Origin: Lama glama
Lineage: Eukaryota
Direction: 5' to 3'
Assembly: GCA_028534125.1 (NCBI GenBank)
Contig: CM052817.1
Span: 97,280,001-97,344,000, forward strand
DNA length: 64,000 nt
The notes under the pieces were generated by a model that had not been told where the DNA came from, made no database searches, and saw only the letters and a program-made list of their open reading frames with translations. The translations under genes were made by a program, and so were the position numbers. Of this stretch, positions 13,151 to 26,219 are shown piece by piece. Position 1 is the first letter of the stretch; each line of letters begins with the position of its first letter.

Positions 13151-13754
13151 CTTCTGTTAGAGCACTTACGCTTCATACATATTAGAAGCATCCTTAAGAT
13201 GTCTATACCTAGAGGGTAATATGGAACAGAAGCGACCTTTGCAGTGAAAAATATTTAGGCTGTGGTATAACGGATAACTCTTACACGAAAGCATCACTAA
13301 CAACTCTGACACATGACAAAGGAAACTGCGTGAATGTTGGCGTACCTACAAGTCCAAGCCTCAAATGAAACACACGTAGGATGGCAAACGTACATACTGC
13401 ACAGTCTACCTCTCTTTGCCTGATCCAAATGCACCTCTAAACCCCAGATCTCGAAGCGGACATGTGCACAGCCCTGCAGAATGGAAAAATCCTGTGTACT
13501 GGGTTCTTCATGATCAGACTTCATTCATTTCTGCCGAACCAGCGAATCCCCCAAGATCTCAAAAGTAGAAACAAGACAGAGGGACTCTTGTTCAGCCACT
13601 GTTAAGATTTCAAGGTCTCCACACAGCTCAGTGGGTCATTATGTGTTATCTCAGGGATACCCTGGTTTCTAAACAACCCTTGGAGATCTAAACCCCAATA
13701 AAGCCCAGATGAGCGCTATTTTGGTGATAAAAGACAACTTGTGTCATTAACTTC

Positions 13755-14352
13755 TGAGACAGGAAGGAAGGGGGCAGGGAACAACCATTCAAGAAATGAC
13801 ACAGCAATTAACACCAAGATGGCAGAAAATCCAACTCCCAACAGGCTTTGAGGTCCAAGATGGCGGAAGATGTGACTTCCAGCAGACCTTGAGGTTTATT
13901 ACATGCTCATTGTAATATATTAACATGGTAGATGACACTCCCACAGGTGCCACCATGGCCGTTCAGAGGCTGACCAGAAAAGGTAAAAATCCTGGGAATC
14001 CCAGCCCCTTCCCCAAAGTGGCTGGAATAATAATGAAGTCACTGAGCTAAAACTAACAACCCCCACACCTCGTGGCTGTTCTCCCTCCTGAGTGAGACGG
14101 ATCTCACTCTGTCTACGGAATGTGTATCTACTGGGTAACGAACCCCCACACCTCATGTCCTTTCTCTTTCCTTCTAAAACGGCCTGCACTCTGTCTATGG
14201 AGTACGTATCTCTCTGAATAAATCTACCCTGACTCAACTGTGGCTCACTCTTGAATTCTTTCCTGCTCAACGCCAAGGACCCACACTTGGCGGAGCATGT
14301 CGAGACCTGGGATATGACCATCCTTTCGCCCCACATTCTGTTTCCTGGATCA
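13755..14352 (+). mobile_element. ERV1-class solo LTR (MER41-like)
   Basis: TG...CA termini, 4-bp TSD CTTC (13751-13754 and 14353-14356), AATAAA at 14217-14222, U5-like cttgaattctttcctg...ccaaggaccc, CAAGATGGC twice. Confidence 0.9.
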
Positions 14353-14464
14353 CTTCTACCAACAATCTAAATTTTTGCAAGAAAAGAAAGTATGACACCA
14401 TGTGATATAAGGTTGCTCTACTCATACACACCAACACACACACACACATTATATTAGACTAGTT

Positions 14465-14660
14465 TCAGGTATATAATGATACAGTGCACTGCATGCACAT
14501 GATACAGAATTCAAGAGGCACGTGGGGGCATATGGTGAAAAGGTCCTCTGTCCCTCCCCATCCTCCAGCTGCCCAGTTCCTGTCCCTAGAAGCCACCACT
14601 GTTATCAATGTCTCTGAATCTTTCCAGAGGTTTTCTAGGACACATTTTTTTTTTAACCAC
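14465..14660 (-). mobile_element. Old L1ME-type 3' end fragment
   Basis: cccagttcctgtccctagaagccaccactgttatcaatg...tctttccagag resembles an antisense L1ME 3' end. Confidence 0.6.
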
Positions 14661-14719
14661 AGTAAATACATTCTGTTTATTAAGTGAGGCACTACTAATT
14701 CAAGGTCTGTTTGCTCTTT

Positions 14720-14860
14720 TATTTATTAATTAATTCAACAAATAATTATTGAGTGACTATTACATGCTAGTCATTGTGTTCAGCACAGGGGAGGAGAGAG
14801 GAATAAGACGAGATCTCTGTCCATGGGGGACTCATACATAGTCCAATGCAGGACATCATG
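14720..14860 (-). mobile_element. L2 3' end
   Basis: attcaacaaataattattgagtgactattacatgctagtcattgtg is the reverse complement of the L2 tail. Confidence 0.7.
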
Positions 14861-17800
14861 GGGTCCTAAAGCAAATCAAACCCTGGGGCCAGAACAGCAC
14901 ATGGAGAGAGAGCTACAGGCCCATGAAGAGAAAGTGATGATCCTGGCTATGCCATGCTACGTAGGCTGGACATGAATCTTTAGGCAACTGGGAAGCCAGT
15001 CCAGGGCCAGTTTGTGTTTGAGGAAATTCACTCTGGCAGCTCAGTGGAAGATATCCTGGAGAAGGGGCAAAGAACTGCTTAAGCTCAGGATTCAGATGAC
15101 CCTTAAAAGACAGCAATTAGGAGATACAATTTCCAATTAATCAGAATCTCTGTTACTCGGTAGCCCCAAACGTCTTTTTCCTTTCTCAGTTGCTTCAACA
15201 TCTACTCATTAGCCAAGCGAGAACATCTGAAGCCATCTTAAATTATTTCTTTCTGGTCCTCCACGCAAACATTCCACACATTTCCGACTCTGTAACTGAA
15301 AAGTTGTCGACTTCTGCCTCTAGGTTCCATCATTGTCTCAAAGAAACAGATAATGTGTATGCTTGAGATAAAATGGGCAGCCTAGCAGTTGCTTCTTACC
15401 ATACCACAGCAGGGTATTTTCTTTTTAGACGTTCTAAACTGGCCCAGTCCCCCTTTATCCAATTATTTTCAATAGAAATGACTTACAATTTTAGTATGTT
15501 TGAACCAAAATTCTTGTGCTTACAAAGAAGAAGTGGTATAAGCTATAAAGCTGCATATATACTAGAACTTGGTATAATGCTATTTTACCACTTGGAGTTG
15601 AAGATTAGCATCAGATGAGAGAGGGTGAAGGGGAGAAGAACTGTGGGAAATTGTTCTGTAAAATAAGACAAGCTGTTGGCTGGGAATAAGAAAGGCAGGG
15701 CTGCATGATATATTTATCTGTAAATATAGATTACAAGTTGACGGCTTAACTATCAATGCAGTCACTTGTCAATGAGAGACATGTGTGCATTTCAGTGGCC
15801 CATGTAACTGGAAACCACTAGCTCAAGTGGAGAATCTAAATAGGCCTGGGATAGCTGTTCCAGCCCTCACCTGTCTGGCCAGGTCTCTGACCTGCAGGTC
15901 TTACCAAGCCTCAGGCCCTGGGTTGATCCTGTTTAAGGCTGGAAGTTCTAGAACATTCCAGCCCTTCCTTCCTCTTTCTCCTCAATCTATGATGCTGGCC
16001 TGCTGAGTTTGCTCAGCTCTGCACCTGATGCACAACGTTCTCTCATTGGACAGGAGTTTCCCAGGCCTAAGCTTCCCTACTGGGCCTCACATCCCAAGTC
16101 AGCAAGGCCTCTGTTCCACGTCCTCTTTTCCTTGGAGGAGGGTCCAGCGGGTTAGCTTCTAGAGGACGGTCCCTTTTTGCTGACAGAGAATGAAGGTGGG
16201 CACACAGACGCCTGCTTTGGTGGGACGACTGACTAACTCTGGGTTTCTAATATCCTCTCCAGCAGGCTCTGGGCCCAAGTTCAGTGCATTATAACAAGGT
16301 GATTTGCTTCTGCATTTATCAGTGTTCATGTGCATCCTCCTAATGGGAGAGAAAGGACTGGGGTCTAAGGCAGGGCTCGGCCTTGGTCTTGGTCCCCAGC
16401 TCGAGTTGCTGTCATAGCCTCCAGTCTGATATAGCTGGGGTGCCCTTACTAGTCCTCCTCGATTATCCCTGCATTCTACAACATGGTTTCAGCTCCACAA
16501 ACCATGGGTAAAACTCCAACATGTCCACTGTCTACCTGGATTCTCATTTTACAGCCCCGCCCACTGAGACATGATCGCTAAGGCGTCACGCCAGCCATCC
16601 GCCTGGACCGCGGCTGGGGCCTGCTACACCCTCCCCCTCTGACTCTCCACCTCACTCCCAGCTGGCCTAAGATGTGTTTCAAGTACAGAGCCACGCAGTG
16701 AGAAAGAAGAAACCCTGAGAGAAAGCAAGTGCCAAGCAATCACAGCGTGGTTTTTAAGCCTTTTCTATCCACAAGTAGCAAACTCATAATCACTTTAACA
16801 TGTTAGACGTTTTCATATATAAGCTCCTCTGCAATGTGTGTAAATCACTAACATCCTGCTCAAGTTACAGCCTTTCTAAATCCCTTGTCCTACCTGTAAA
16901 ATGTAGAGATGGGATTAGATGATCTCCACTGTCTCTGTCCTTCTCTCTCTCTTTGCTTCTTTGGTCCTGAAAAGGGGACCAAAGCAGAGGCAGAGCTACA
17001 AAGCCACCAGCAGGATGAACAGGCAGTAAATAGGGCCATGGAGCCTTCCCCTGTGGTCTGTGTAAATGTGCAGCGCAGCCAGAGAAGCCAGAGGAGGAAT
17101 AAACTGCTAAAGACAGGAGAGGGAGCTGTAATCACTGTCCTTAGCCCACACCCGAGTCTCAGAGTTGCAAATTAGTTAAAAGAATTCAAGAGCAGTCACT
17201 AAGGCCTTTGATGAGAAAAGGCAGTCAAAGATAAGGGAAATTACTTTTTTGAAAATAACGTCTAAGAAGGACTCCAGGAGATAAAAAAAAAAACAAAACC
17301 AAAAACACAACAACAACAAAGAAATACAAGATTGCATATGTATGTGTACAGATATCTATTCATATATTTATTTTAAGTAACTGCAACAGTGTTGAAAGTT
17401 AAAAAGGGATCACACTGCAATCTTGAAGCTATGTTCTAAAAAAAAAAAATCTAAAATTTTCATTAGATATTCCAAGATTGAAAAAACAAAATACAGAAAC
17501 GGAAGGTTCACTCCCCCTCATTTTTTTCCCCCTGCTCACTGCAGTCTGAGAAGTTATAAGGAGGCTGTTTGTTTATGTATTTATATATACATAATATATT
17601 TTAGTGTATTTATCTTATGTTGCAATTACAAAATTGCTTAAAAGTATTAGGGAAAAGTTCACTACTTAAAGAAGTAATATTTTAAGTCAAAGAAAAATTG
17701 GAGATTATTATACTTGCTAAGCTGTGGCTTTGCCAGAATATTAAAGCAAGAGGGATTCCACGGTTAACACCTTAGATCAAATTACGTGAGATAATGTGCC

Positions 17801-19049
17801 TCAGTGAGGCAGGATGGTGATAAACAAAATACAGCTCGTAGGCCAAAAATAGCCTCGTTTTTCCCAGCTCTGAATTCCATCTGTCAAAATAAGGTGGATG
17901 GCATTCACCAGATACCAGCCATGCACATGTAGCTGGACTGGTCCAGTCTTCTGGGGGACTTAGTTTTATTATCCATAATACGAATCAACCATTATAAAAC
18001 AATGGAATTTGTATCAGTATTTCTGTAGAGGAAGCTTCGGCCTTTAGCATCAGTCCATTCTTTCTCCTTTTCTAGAGACTAGGTCAGAACACTTTCACAT
18101 CCTCTCTATGCGTGTCTAAGGGCCCGACTAACCCTCCACCGTTCCTGAAGCCTCCACTGACCTTGGATAGATCTATCTCCTCTCTCTGACACACTCTTGC
18201 ATTTTATTTGAACCTCGGGGATCCAGCTAACATCGGGTGAGTTGGGCCGCATAACACAGCATGATCTTAACTGAGATTTGCAAGAATACCATCCACTATT
18301 ATCCATTTCATGTTGTTCTTAGTGCCCTGGCAACTTCGCACTGGTAACTGTGGCTTCCTCTCCTACGTGAAGGTCTGGTTTTCGTACATCATTTCTTCAT
18401 ATGTAAATGTATATAACATCTTCAAGGTAGGGGGCATGTCTCACGTATCACTAGAGCCCCAGGGTGCCTAGGACATGGCTCCAGGCGGGGTTATACTCTT
18501 GCCCTCAGAAGTAGGCTGCGATCTTCTTGTTCACCTGGGGCAGGAACGCCTCATCTTCTCAGCTGATGCACCAATCCTGTGCTGGGAACTGCAGTTTCCT
18601 CCCAGACCTTGCAATGCCTGGGCGTCTGGCAGAGTAATAGCTCATGTTTAAAATCTCACCCTAGAGGAGTTTTGAATTATTGGATCATCATATAATAAGG
18701 CAAATATACACTGGGGGCAAAGGAAATATCTGGAAGTGAGAAGTTCATCTGAATGAAATGCAAATATAAACAAAAAGTACATTTCGACTAGTTTTAGTGG
18801 TCTGCAACAAGATGAATAAAAAAACGAGATTCACATTTAACCAAAGTTTAATCCTATGATACAAAATGATTTTGGATAAAACAAAAGTATTTTCTAATTG
18901 TGGGGTTTCAGCCTCTGACCCTTTATAAGCACCTACTGTGTGACAGACATTATATGTACTGAGCACACAAGGGGGTGTGAGAAAAAATATCTACTCACAA
19001 ATAGTTCACACAACTATACACAACTATGATTAAGGCATAAAATGCTATG

Positions 19050-19377
19050 AACCTCCTATCTGTCAGAATGGCTATTATCAAAAAGACAAGAGATAACAAA
19101 TGCTGGCGAGGATGTGGAGAAAAGGGAAGCCTGTCCTCTGTTGGTAGGATTGTAAATTGGTGTAGCCACTATGGAAAACAGTATGGAGGTTTCTCAAAAT
19201 ATTAAAAATAGAACCACCATATGACCCAGCAATTCCGCTTCCCAGTGTTTAACCAAAAGAAATGAGATCATTATCTTGAAGAATGATCTGAACTCCTACA
19301 TTCACTGTAGGATTATTCAGCAGGCAAGGTATGGAAATATCCTAAAGGCTGACAGATTAATGGCTAAAGAAAACATG

Positions 19378-19411
<34 letters not shown>

Positions 19412-20000
19412 AGAGAGGAATATTATTCAGCCTTAAAAAAGAAGGAAACCTTGCCCTTTGAAACAACATGGATGAACCCAGAGGGCAGTATGCTCAGTGA
19501 AATAAGTCAGAGAAAGACACATACTGCATGGTATCACTTATATGTGGAGTTAAAAAAAAAGTCAAACTCATAGAAACAGAGAGTAGAATGACAGTTTCCC
19601 AGGGCTGGGAGGTGGGAGGAATAGGAAGAAGCTGGTAAAAGAGTACACATTTTCAGTTATAGATGAATAAGGTCCAAGGGGCTAATATATGACATGGCAA
19701 TTATAGGTGATAATGTTATACTATATCATACATATCTACAGACACATGCATGTATTAAACATAGTATACTATACATACCATATGTACTATATAAATGTAA
19801 TTTGCTGAGTAGAACTTCAGTGTTCTCACTGAAAAGAAAAAAATACTTAAAAAGGTTAGGATGTGAGCTGATGTATGTGTCAGTTAACTCCGTGGTGGGA
19901 ACTCTTTCACAGTGTACCTGTGTATCAAATCATCCTGTTGTACACTTTAAATAGATTATAATTTCATTTGTCAACTACACCTCAATGAAGCCGAAAAAAA
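19050..20000 (+). mobile_element. L1MA-type 3' fragment inserted into an antisense L2 (about 18915-20150)
   Basis: cagaatggctattatcaaaaagacaagagataacaaatgctggcgaggatgtggagaaaaggg through tcaactacacctcaatgaagccgaaaaaaaa. L2-like sequence resumes on both sides. Confidence 0.85.
19381..19416 (+). repeat. (CA)14(GA)4 microsatellite
   Basis: Read directly from the sequence. Confidence 0.95.
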
Positions 20001-21099
20001 AGTCTGATGAGATCACAGAGGGGAGGAAATGAATGAGGGAAGGAAGGGGGACAGCAAGTAGTCACAAGAGAGGCTTGATGAAGAGGTCATCTTTTGTCTG
20101 GACCTTAAAGGAGACGTGCAGTTTCTGCAAACTGAGAAGGGAGAAGGAAGGACACTGATGCTTCCTTTCAGATGAGACCATACCTGCCTAGGTCGGGTCA
20201 AAGCTGCCGCAGCATGGTCCTTTAGTGTACACAGTGCTTTCTACATAGGATTTAGAACAGGTCAGTAAAAGAACTATATAGTGAAATTCAATAAAGTCAT
20301 GAAATTAATTTTAAAATCAGTATAATAAAGATATCAAAAATATTAGTATGTGAAGACAATCACACTGCCAAGCCCAAGGGAAAACAGAAATCATCAGACA
20401 TGATTCTAAAGTCCAAGAATGTCAAACAAAAGGTGAGAAATGAATCTCCCCAAATGAATGGCATTCTTGTGTAGGTTTGAAGTTAACATGATAACTTACT
20501 AAAGAGATAGTTTTCCACTTTAATATTTACAGTATTCTGAACTGAATACATTTATCTCATATGAAATGAAAGCTGTGCATTATTATGCAGCAGTTTCAAA
20601 GGATACGGTCTTCCGCATGTATTCAACCTTTAAGTCAATACAATCTAATAGTTTAAGAAAAGAAGACATTACATTTCACACAGCCATTCTGCCTAAAAAC
20701 ACTCTAAATTATTTAAATTGAATTCTGATTAAAGTTAAAATAAAATCTTCTCCAATACGGCATGCAAGGTTCTTAGAACTTTTGCAAATGAGATCTTTGT
20801 AATCTGATTCTGTTTCACCCAGTAAAACCATATAATGAATATGCCATGAAACTACAGTCACCGTGACTGTCAGTGGAATACTTTCCAACTTGTTCATGAA
20901 CTCTAAAAAAGGCAGTGGGAAATGGTACAAGTGGTTCTCCTTGATGTTTGAATACTAGGTACTACCTCCATTTGTTGAACTAAAACTTTTGCTTCTTATA
21001 GATAAAATAGTTTTTATTTATTTTAGAAAATCATCTCATTTTAGAGCTGGAGAGAAACAGTTCACTCCAGCCTAGGGCTTACTCAAAGTCACAAAGGTA

Positions 21100-21330
21100 A
21101 TAGAGAGATGCTAGAGTTTAAATCAAGAGACCTAGGTTTGAAATCAAGTTCATCTAGTCACTAGCTGTGTGACTTGGAGCAAGTTACTTTACTTCTTATA
21201 GGTCAGTTTCTTTAACTGTACAATTGTAAATATATGATCTATCTTGCTATTGTAAAGGACAGGAAAAAACACATATTTAAAGTGCCAAGTATAGTGCATA
21301 ACAGAATAGGTCTGCAAACAGCTTAGCTAT
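21100..21330 (+). mobile_element. MIR SINE
   Basis: cctaggtttgaaatc...cactagctgtgtgacttggagcaagttactttactt...tcagtttctttaactgta. Confidence 0.7.
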
Positions 21331-21829
21331 TGACACAGATTATAAAGTCAAGGCCTGAACCAACCAGGCTCTCCTGGCTTCAGTCTGCCATATTGTCTGG
21401 GCTCATTTGATCCTGCTCTCCTTTTGAGAAGTTAAAAACAAATACAGAAAGCTACAGAGTAATATACTTATGTACTCACTGTCTACAATTTGTTTTTTCA
21501 ACCTTAAAAATGGAGTAACACAAAAAGATTTCCCAAATGACAATCGAGGTCAAAGTGAATGCATTTGGCTTTATGACTATTTTATTTAGCATGTTGGGTG
21601 ACAACTGAAAACTAACTATAGCTAAGGAATCAGAGAAGACTCTACTGAAAAGCTACCTGAACCACATCTGGGAAAGGCGCAGCTCAGCGAGCTGCGATGA
21701 GGCTGCGGCCACAAGAGGATGACTTGAGTGAGGCAGCAGGAGGCTGCGGGCCCCGGCCCAAGGACAGGGCAGCTGCTACAGCTGCTACTTACGGCATGCC
21801 AACTGCTGGCATGCGGAATGCAGGGGCAA

Positions 21830-21995
21830 TGATGCCTGACTGTCCACTGTTTCAAGAGAGGCTGGCTGTCCACATTTTTAAAGGAAATCTCCTAATTCTG
21901 AAATGCTAGCAATGCATTAAAAAAATCCTCTCCCTCCCACCCCACCCCCTAAAAATTGTACAGGCCAAACAAAACACCTTGGCAGGCTCGATTTC
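21830..21995. mobile_element. MER102-like hAT fragment
   Basis: aaatctcctaattctgaaatgctagcaa ... caggccaaacaaaacaccttggcaggctcgattt. Confidence 0.5.
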
Positions 21996-22748
21996 AATCA
22001 GATTCAAAGAAACCCTTGGAGGGACAGGCACACTCACGTGTGGGGTGGGAGCCAGGGGTGAGGAGCGAGTTCTCCACTGAGGCACTGCTGGGCAGGAATC
22101 TGGCCTTCTGTATTTGGATTTTTATTTTTATGCCTCAGAATTCACAGTCAACCCTGGGAATTGGTGTTAGGATGGATAATATAAACCCTGCTGAGGGTAT
22201 GAGGGGGAAAAACAGGGCGGCCAGAACAGAGGCTTGTCCCTGAATTTCGTTCCCCTTACATCCTTGGGATTCATTGCTACATGCCTCTGGTGTTTCACAG
22301 AGCATCGGGAAAAACATTCAAATCGACTCTCGGTTCTCTGGAAAACCATTCCAGCTCACTAAGCTGCAAATGTTATTAAAGGCCCTTGAGGCGTTTATCC
22401 CCGAAACTGCTGCGTGCGGGTGGTGGCTGTGCTTGGCAAGCTAACGGAAGCGGAGCCGGCCTTCCTTGTGAGGTAGCAAATGCTGTGGATAAACAATACA
22501 GAGAAGGCAGCGGTGATTTATTAACTCGAATCGCAGCAGTGCCACCCATGATCGAAGATGTGCCTTTGTAACCTCAGGACTGAAATAGCTGTTGAATTTG
22601 TGCTTCCTTCCACCCACCCTGGAAAGTAACCCAGGGCATCAAAAGCACAAGGACATCAAGGCAAACGAGCTTCCTCTTTCTCTGTCCTATTCTCATGAGA
22701 GAGGGTGTGATTAACCCCCTCGCTCTGAGCACTGCAAAGGTCTAGAGC

Positions 22749-23048
22749 CAGGGTAGACAAATTTTTTTGTGAAGGGGCCAAACTATAGAATGTTGTAGGC
22801 TTTGTGGGACACACAGCTTCTGTTACAACTCTCACTACGCCACTAGAGTGTGAAAGCAACCAGAGAAGATATGTCAATGAATGAACATGACTGTGTTCAA
22901 TAAAACTTTACTTATGGACATCAAGATGTGAATTTTATGTATTTTTTTTATGTATCACAAAATACTATTTTTCTTTCGATTGTTCCCGTCATCCATTCTT
23001 AGCTTGGAAACCATACAAAACCCATTAGTCGGCCAGATCTGGCCCCTG
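22749..23048. mobile_element. MER58B-like hAT-Charlie element
   Basis: cagggt...cccctg ends. aggctttgtggg, aatgaatgaacatgactgtgttcaataaaactttacttatggaca, ggccagatctggccc. Confidence 0.85.
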
Positions 23049-23099
23049 ATAATAGAGAAATAAACAAGAGGGAACAGCATTTCCTGGTCAATTATCATA

Positions 23100-23448
23100 A
23101 ACCACTTAATTATGATGACAACTCTATGAAATATTCTTATTATTTCCATTTTATATCTAAGAACACCAAGGCTTGGAGCAGTCAAGAAACTTGCCTAAGT
23201 GTAGACGGACAGGATTTCAATCCAAACACACTGGTTGTGGGCTCCATGTGACATGCTGAGGGCTACACATACACAAAGTGGTTCTCCACCCTGGCTGGGC
23301 AATCTTACTGAAGCGTTTTCAAAAATATAGACACCTGGATCCCCTCAATTTACTAACTCAGAGTCTTTGGACGTGGGACCCAGACATTTCAATGTTTAAA
23401 AAAAAAGTTTCCCACTAGTGTTTCTGGAGTAAAATGAGGACTAGTATA
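23100..23448. mobile_element. MIR fragment (23100-23240, minus) followed by a MER5-like MITE (23276-23448)
   Basis: acaactctatgaa...attatttccattttat...aacttgcctaag, then aagtggttctccaccctggctg...tactaactcagagtct...gtgggacccag. Confidence 0.6.
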
Positions 23449-23671
23449 TGCCTAGACCTGTGCTTTGAGGGACCAAGTATTATCAGACATGGCTTTCCTG
23501 ACAAAGAGCTTTTTATCTGGAATGTAGATCACCCTGCTCTTTGGACCTGTTACTTAATTTGTGTTCACAATCACAGACAAGTTCTTTAAAGGCATCAAAT
23601 TATACATCAGGCCCTTAAGAAGCTAAGTCCCAGATGGTGGCCAGAGTCTGATTACCAAAGCTATATTTGCT

Positions 23672-26219
23672 CCTCAACAAAATATTAGCAAACAGAATCC
23701 AACAACACATAAAAAAGATCATACATCATGATCAAGTTCGATTTATCCCAGGGACACAAAGATGGTTCCACATATGCAAAACAATCAATGTGATATATCA
23801 CATTAACAACAGAAAGGACAAAAATCACACGATCATCTCAACTGATACAGAAAAAGCATTTGATAAAATTCAACATCCATTTAAGACTAAAAAATCTTAC
23901 CAAAGTGGGTATAGAGGGAACATATCTCAACATAATAAAAGCTGTTTATGACAAACCTACAGCCAGCAAAATACTTAATGGCGAAAAGCTGAAAGCCTTT
24001 CCGCTAAAATCTGGAACAAGACAAGGATGCCCACTCTCACTTCTATTCAACATAGTAATGCAAGTCCTAGCCATAGCAATTAGACAAGAAAAAGAAATAA
24101 AAGGTATCCAAATTGGAAGAGAAGAGGTAAAATTGTCATTATATATGGATGACATGATGCTATATATAGAAAACCCAAAAGGCTACAAATAAAAACTACT
24201 AGAGCTAATAAGAGAATCTGGCAAGGTAGCAGGATACAAGATTAACATACAGAAATCAGTGGCATCTCTTTACACTAACAATGAAATATCAGAAAAGGAA
24301 AGTAAAGAAACAATCCCTTTTAAAATTGTATCCAAAAAAATAAAATACTTAGGAATAAATCTGACCAAGGAAGTGAAAGACTTATATGAGGAGGACTACA
24401 AAACATTCACTAAGGAAATTAAAGATGACTTACAGAAATGAATAGATACCCCTTGTTCTTGGATTGGAAGAATTAATATTAATATTAATATTGGCCATAC
24501 TACCCAAAGCAATCTACAGATTTAATGTGATTCCTATCAAATTACCCAGGACATTTTTCACAGGATTAGAACAGATAATCTTAAAATTTAAATGGAATCA
24601 CAAAAGACCTAGAATTGCCAAAGCATTACTTAAGAAAAAGAATGAAGCTGGAGGAATAACCCTTCCACACTTCAGACAATACTATTGAGCTACAGTCATC
24701 AAAACAGCATGGTATTGTTACAAAGACAGGCATATGGATCAATGAAACGGAATAGAGAGCCCAGAAATGAACCCACAAACTTTTGGTCAGTTCATCTTTG
24801 ACAAAGAAGGCAAGAACATACAATGAAATAAAGACTGTCTCTTTAGCAAATGGTGCTGGGAAAACTGGACAGCTGCATGTAAGTCAATGAAGTTAGAACA
24901 CTCCTTTACACCATACACAAAAATAAACTCAAAATGGCTTAAAGACTTAAACATAAGACAAGACACTACAAATCTTAGAAGAAAACATAGGCAAAACATT
25001 ATCTGACATAAATCTCAGCAATGTTCTCCTAGGGCAGTCTACCCAGACCATAGAAATAAAAGCAAAAATAAACAAATGGGACCTAATTAAACTTACAAAC
25101 TTTTGCACAGCAAAGGAAACCATAAGCAAAACAAAAAGACAACCTACAGAATGGCAGAAAATATTTGCAAAAGATGAGAGACTGACAAGGGCTTAATTTC
25201 CAGAATATATAAACAGCTCATACAAATTGATAAGAAAAAGACAAACAACTCAATCCAAAAATGGGCAGAAGACCTAAACAAGCAATTCTCCAATGAAGAC
25301 ATACGAACAGCCAATAGGCACATGAAAAAATACCGCTAATTATCAGAGAAATGCAAATCAAAACTACAATGAGGTATCACCTCACACCAGTCAGAATGGC
25401 CATTATTCCAAAGTCCACAAATGATAAATGCTGGAGAGGGTGTGGAGAAAAGGGAACCCTCCTACACTGCTGGTGGGAATGTAGTTTGGTGCAGCCATTA
25501 TGCAAAACAGTATGAAGATTCCTCAAAAGACTAAAAATAGACTTACCATATGATCCAGCAATCCCACTCGTGGGCATATATCCAGAGGGAACCTTTATTC
25601 AAAAAGACACCAGCACCCCAAAGTTCATTGCAGGACTATTTACAATAGCCAAGACATGGAAACAACCTAAATGTCCATCGACAGATGACTAGATAAAGAA
25701 GTTGTAGTATATGTATACAATGGAACACTACTCAGCCATAAAAATAAGAAAAACGCCATTTGTGACAACATAGATGAACCTGGAGAATGTCATTCTAAAT
25801 GAAGCAAGCCAGAAAGAGAAAGAAAAATTTCACATGATATCACTCATATGTGGAATCTAAAAAAAAAAAAAAAAAAAAAAGACAAACGAACTTATTTATA
25901 AAACAGAAACAGACTCACAGACATAGAAGACAAAGTTATGGTTACTGGGGGGAAAGGGGGTAGGAAGGGATAAGTTGGGAGTTCAAGATTAGCAGATACT
26001 AACTACTATATATAAAATAGATAAACAACAAGTTTATACCATATAGCACAGGGAACCATATTCAACATCTTTTAGAAACCTATGGTGAAGATGAATATGA
26101 GAACGAATGTATGTATGTTCCTATGTAACTGAAGTATTGTGCTGTACACTAGAAATTGACACAACTGACTACACTTCAATTGTAAGTGACTACACTTCAA
26201 TAAAAATATATTTTTTAAG
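23672..26219 (+). mobile_element. 5'-truncated, inactive young L1: ORF2 reverse transcriptase and C-terminal remnant plus 3'UTR
   Basis: ORFs 23667-23951, 23860-24192, 24259-24441 and 24464-24688 are frameshifted L1 ORF2 pieces ([56 protein letters not shown]). Diverged TSD aagctatatttgct (23658-23671) and aagccctatttgct (26220-26233). Confidence 0.95.

Noticed and set aside
16889..16920. Recursive-splice-like ttttacag|gtagga on the minus strand (similar near 62065)
   Set aside because: Derived from the MIR core ctgtaaaatg, a common false positive.
23667..24688. Reverse transcriptase ORFs as an active or novel RT system
   Set aside because: Frameshifted, stop-interrupted pieces of a 5'-truncated L1 ORF2.
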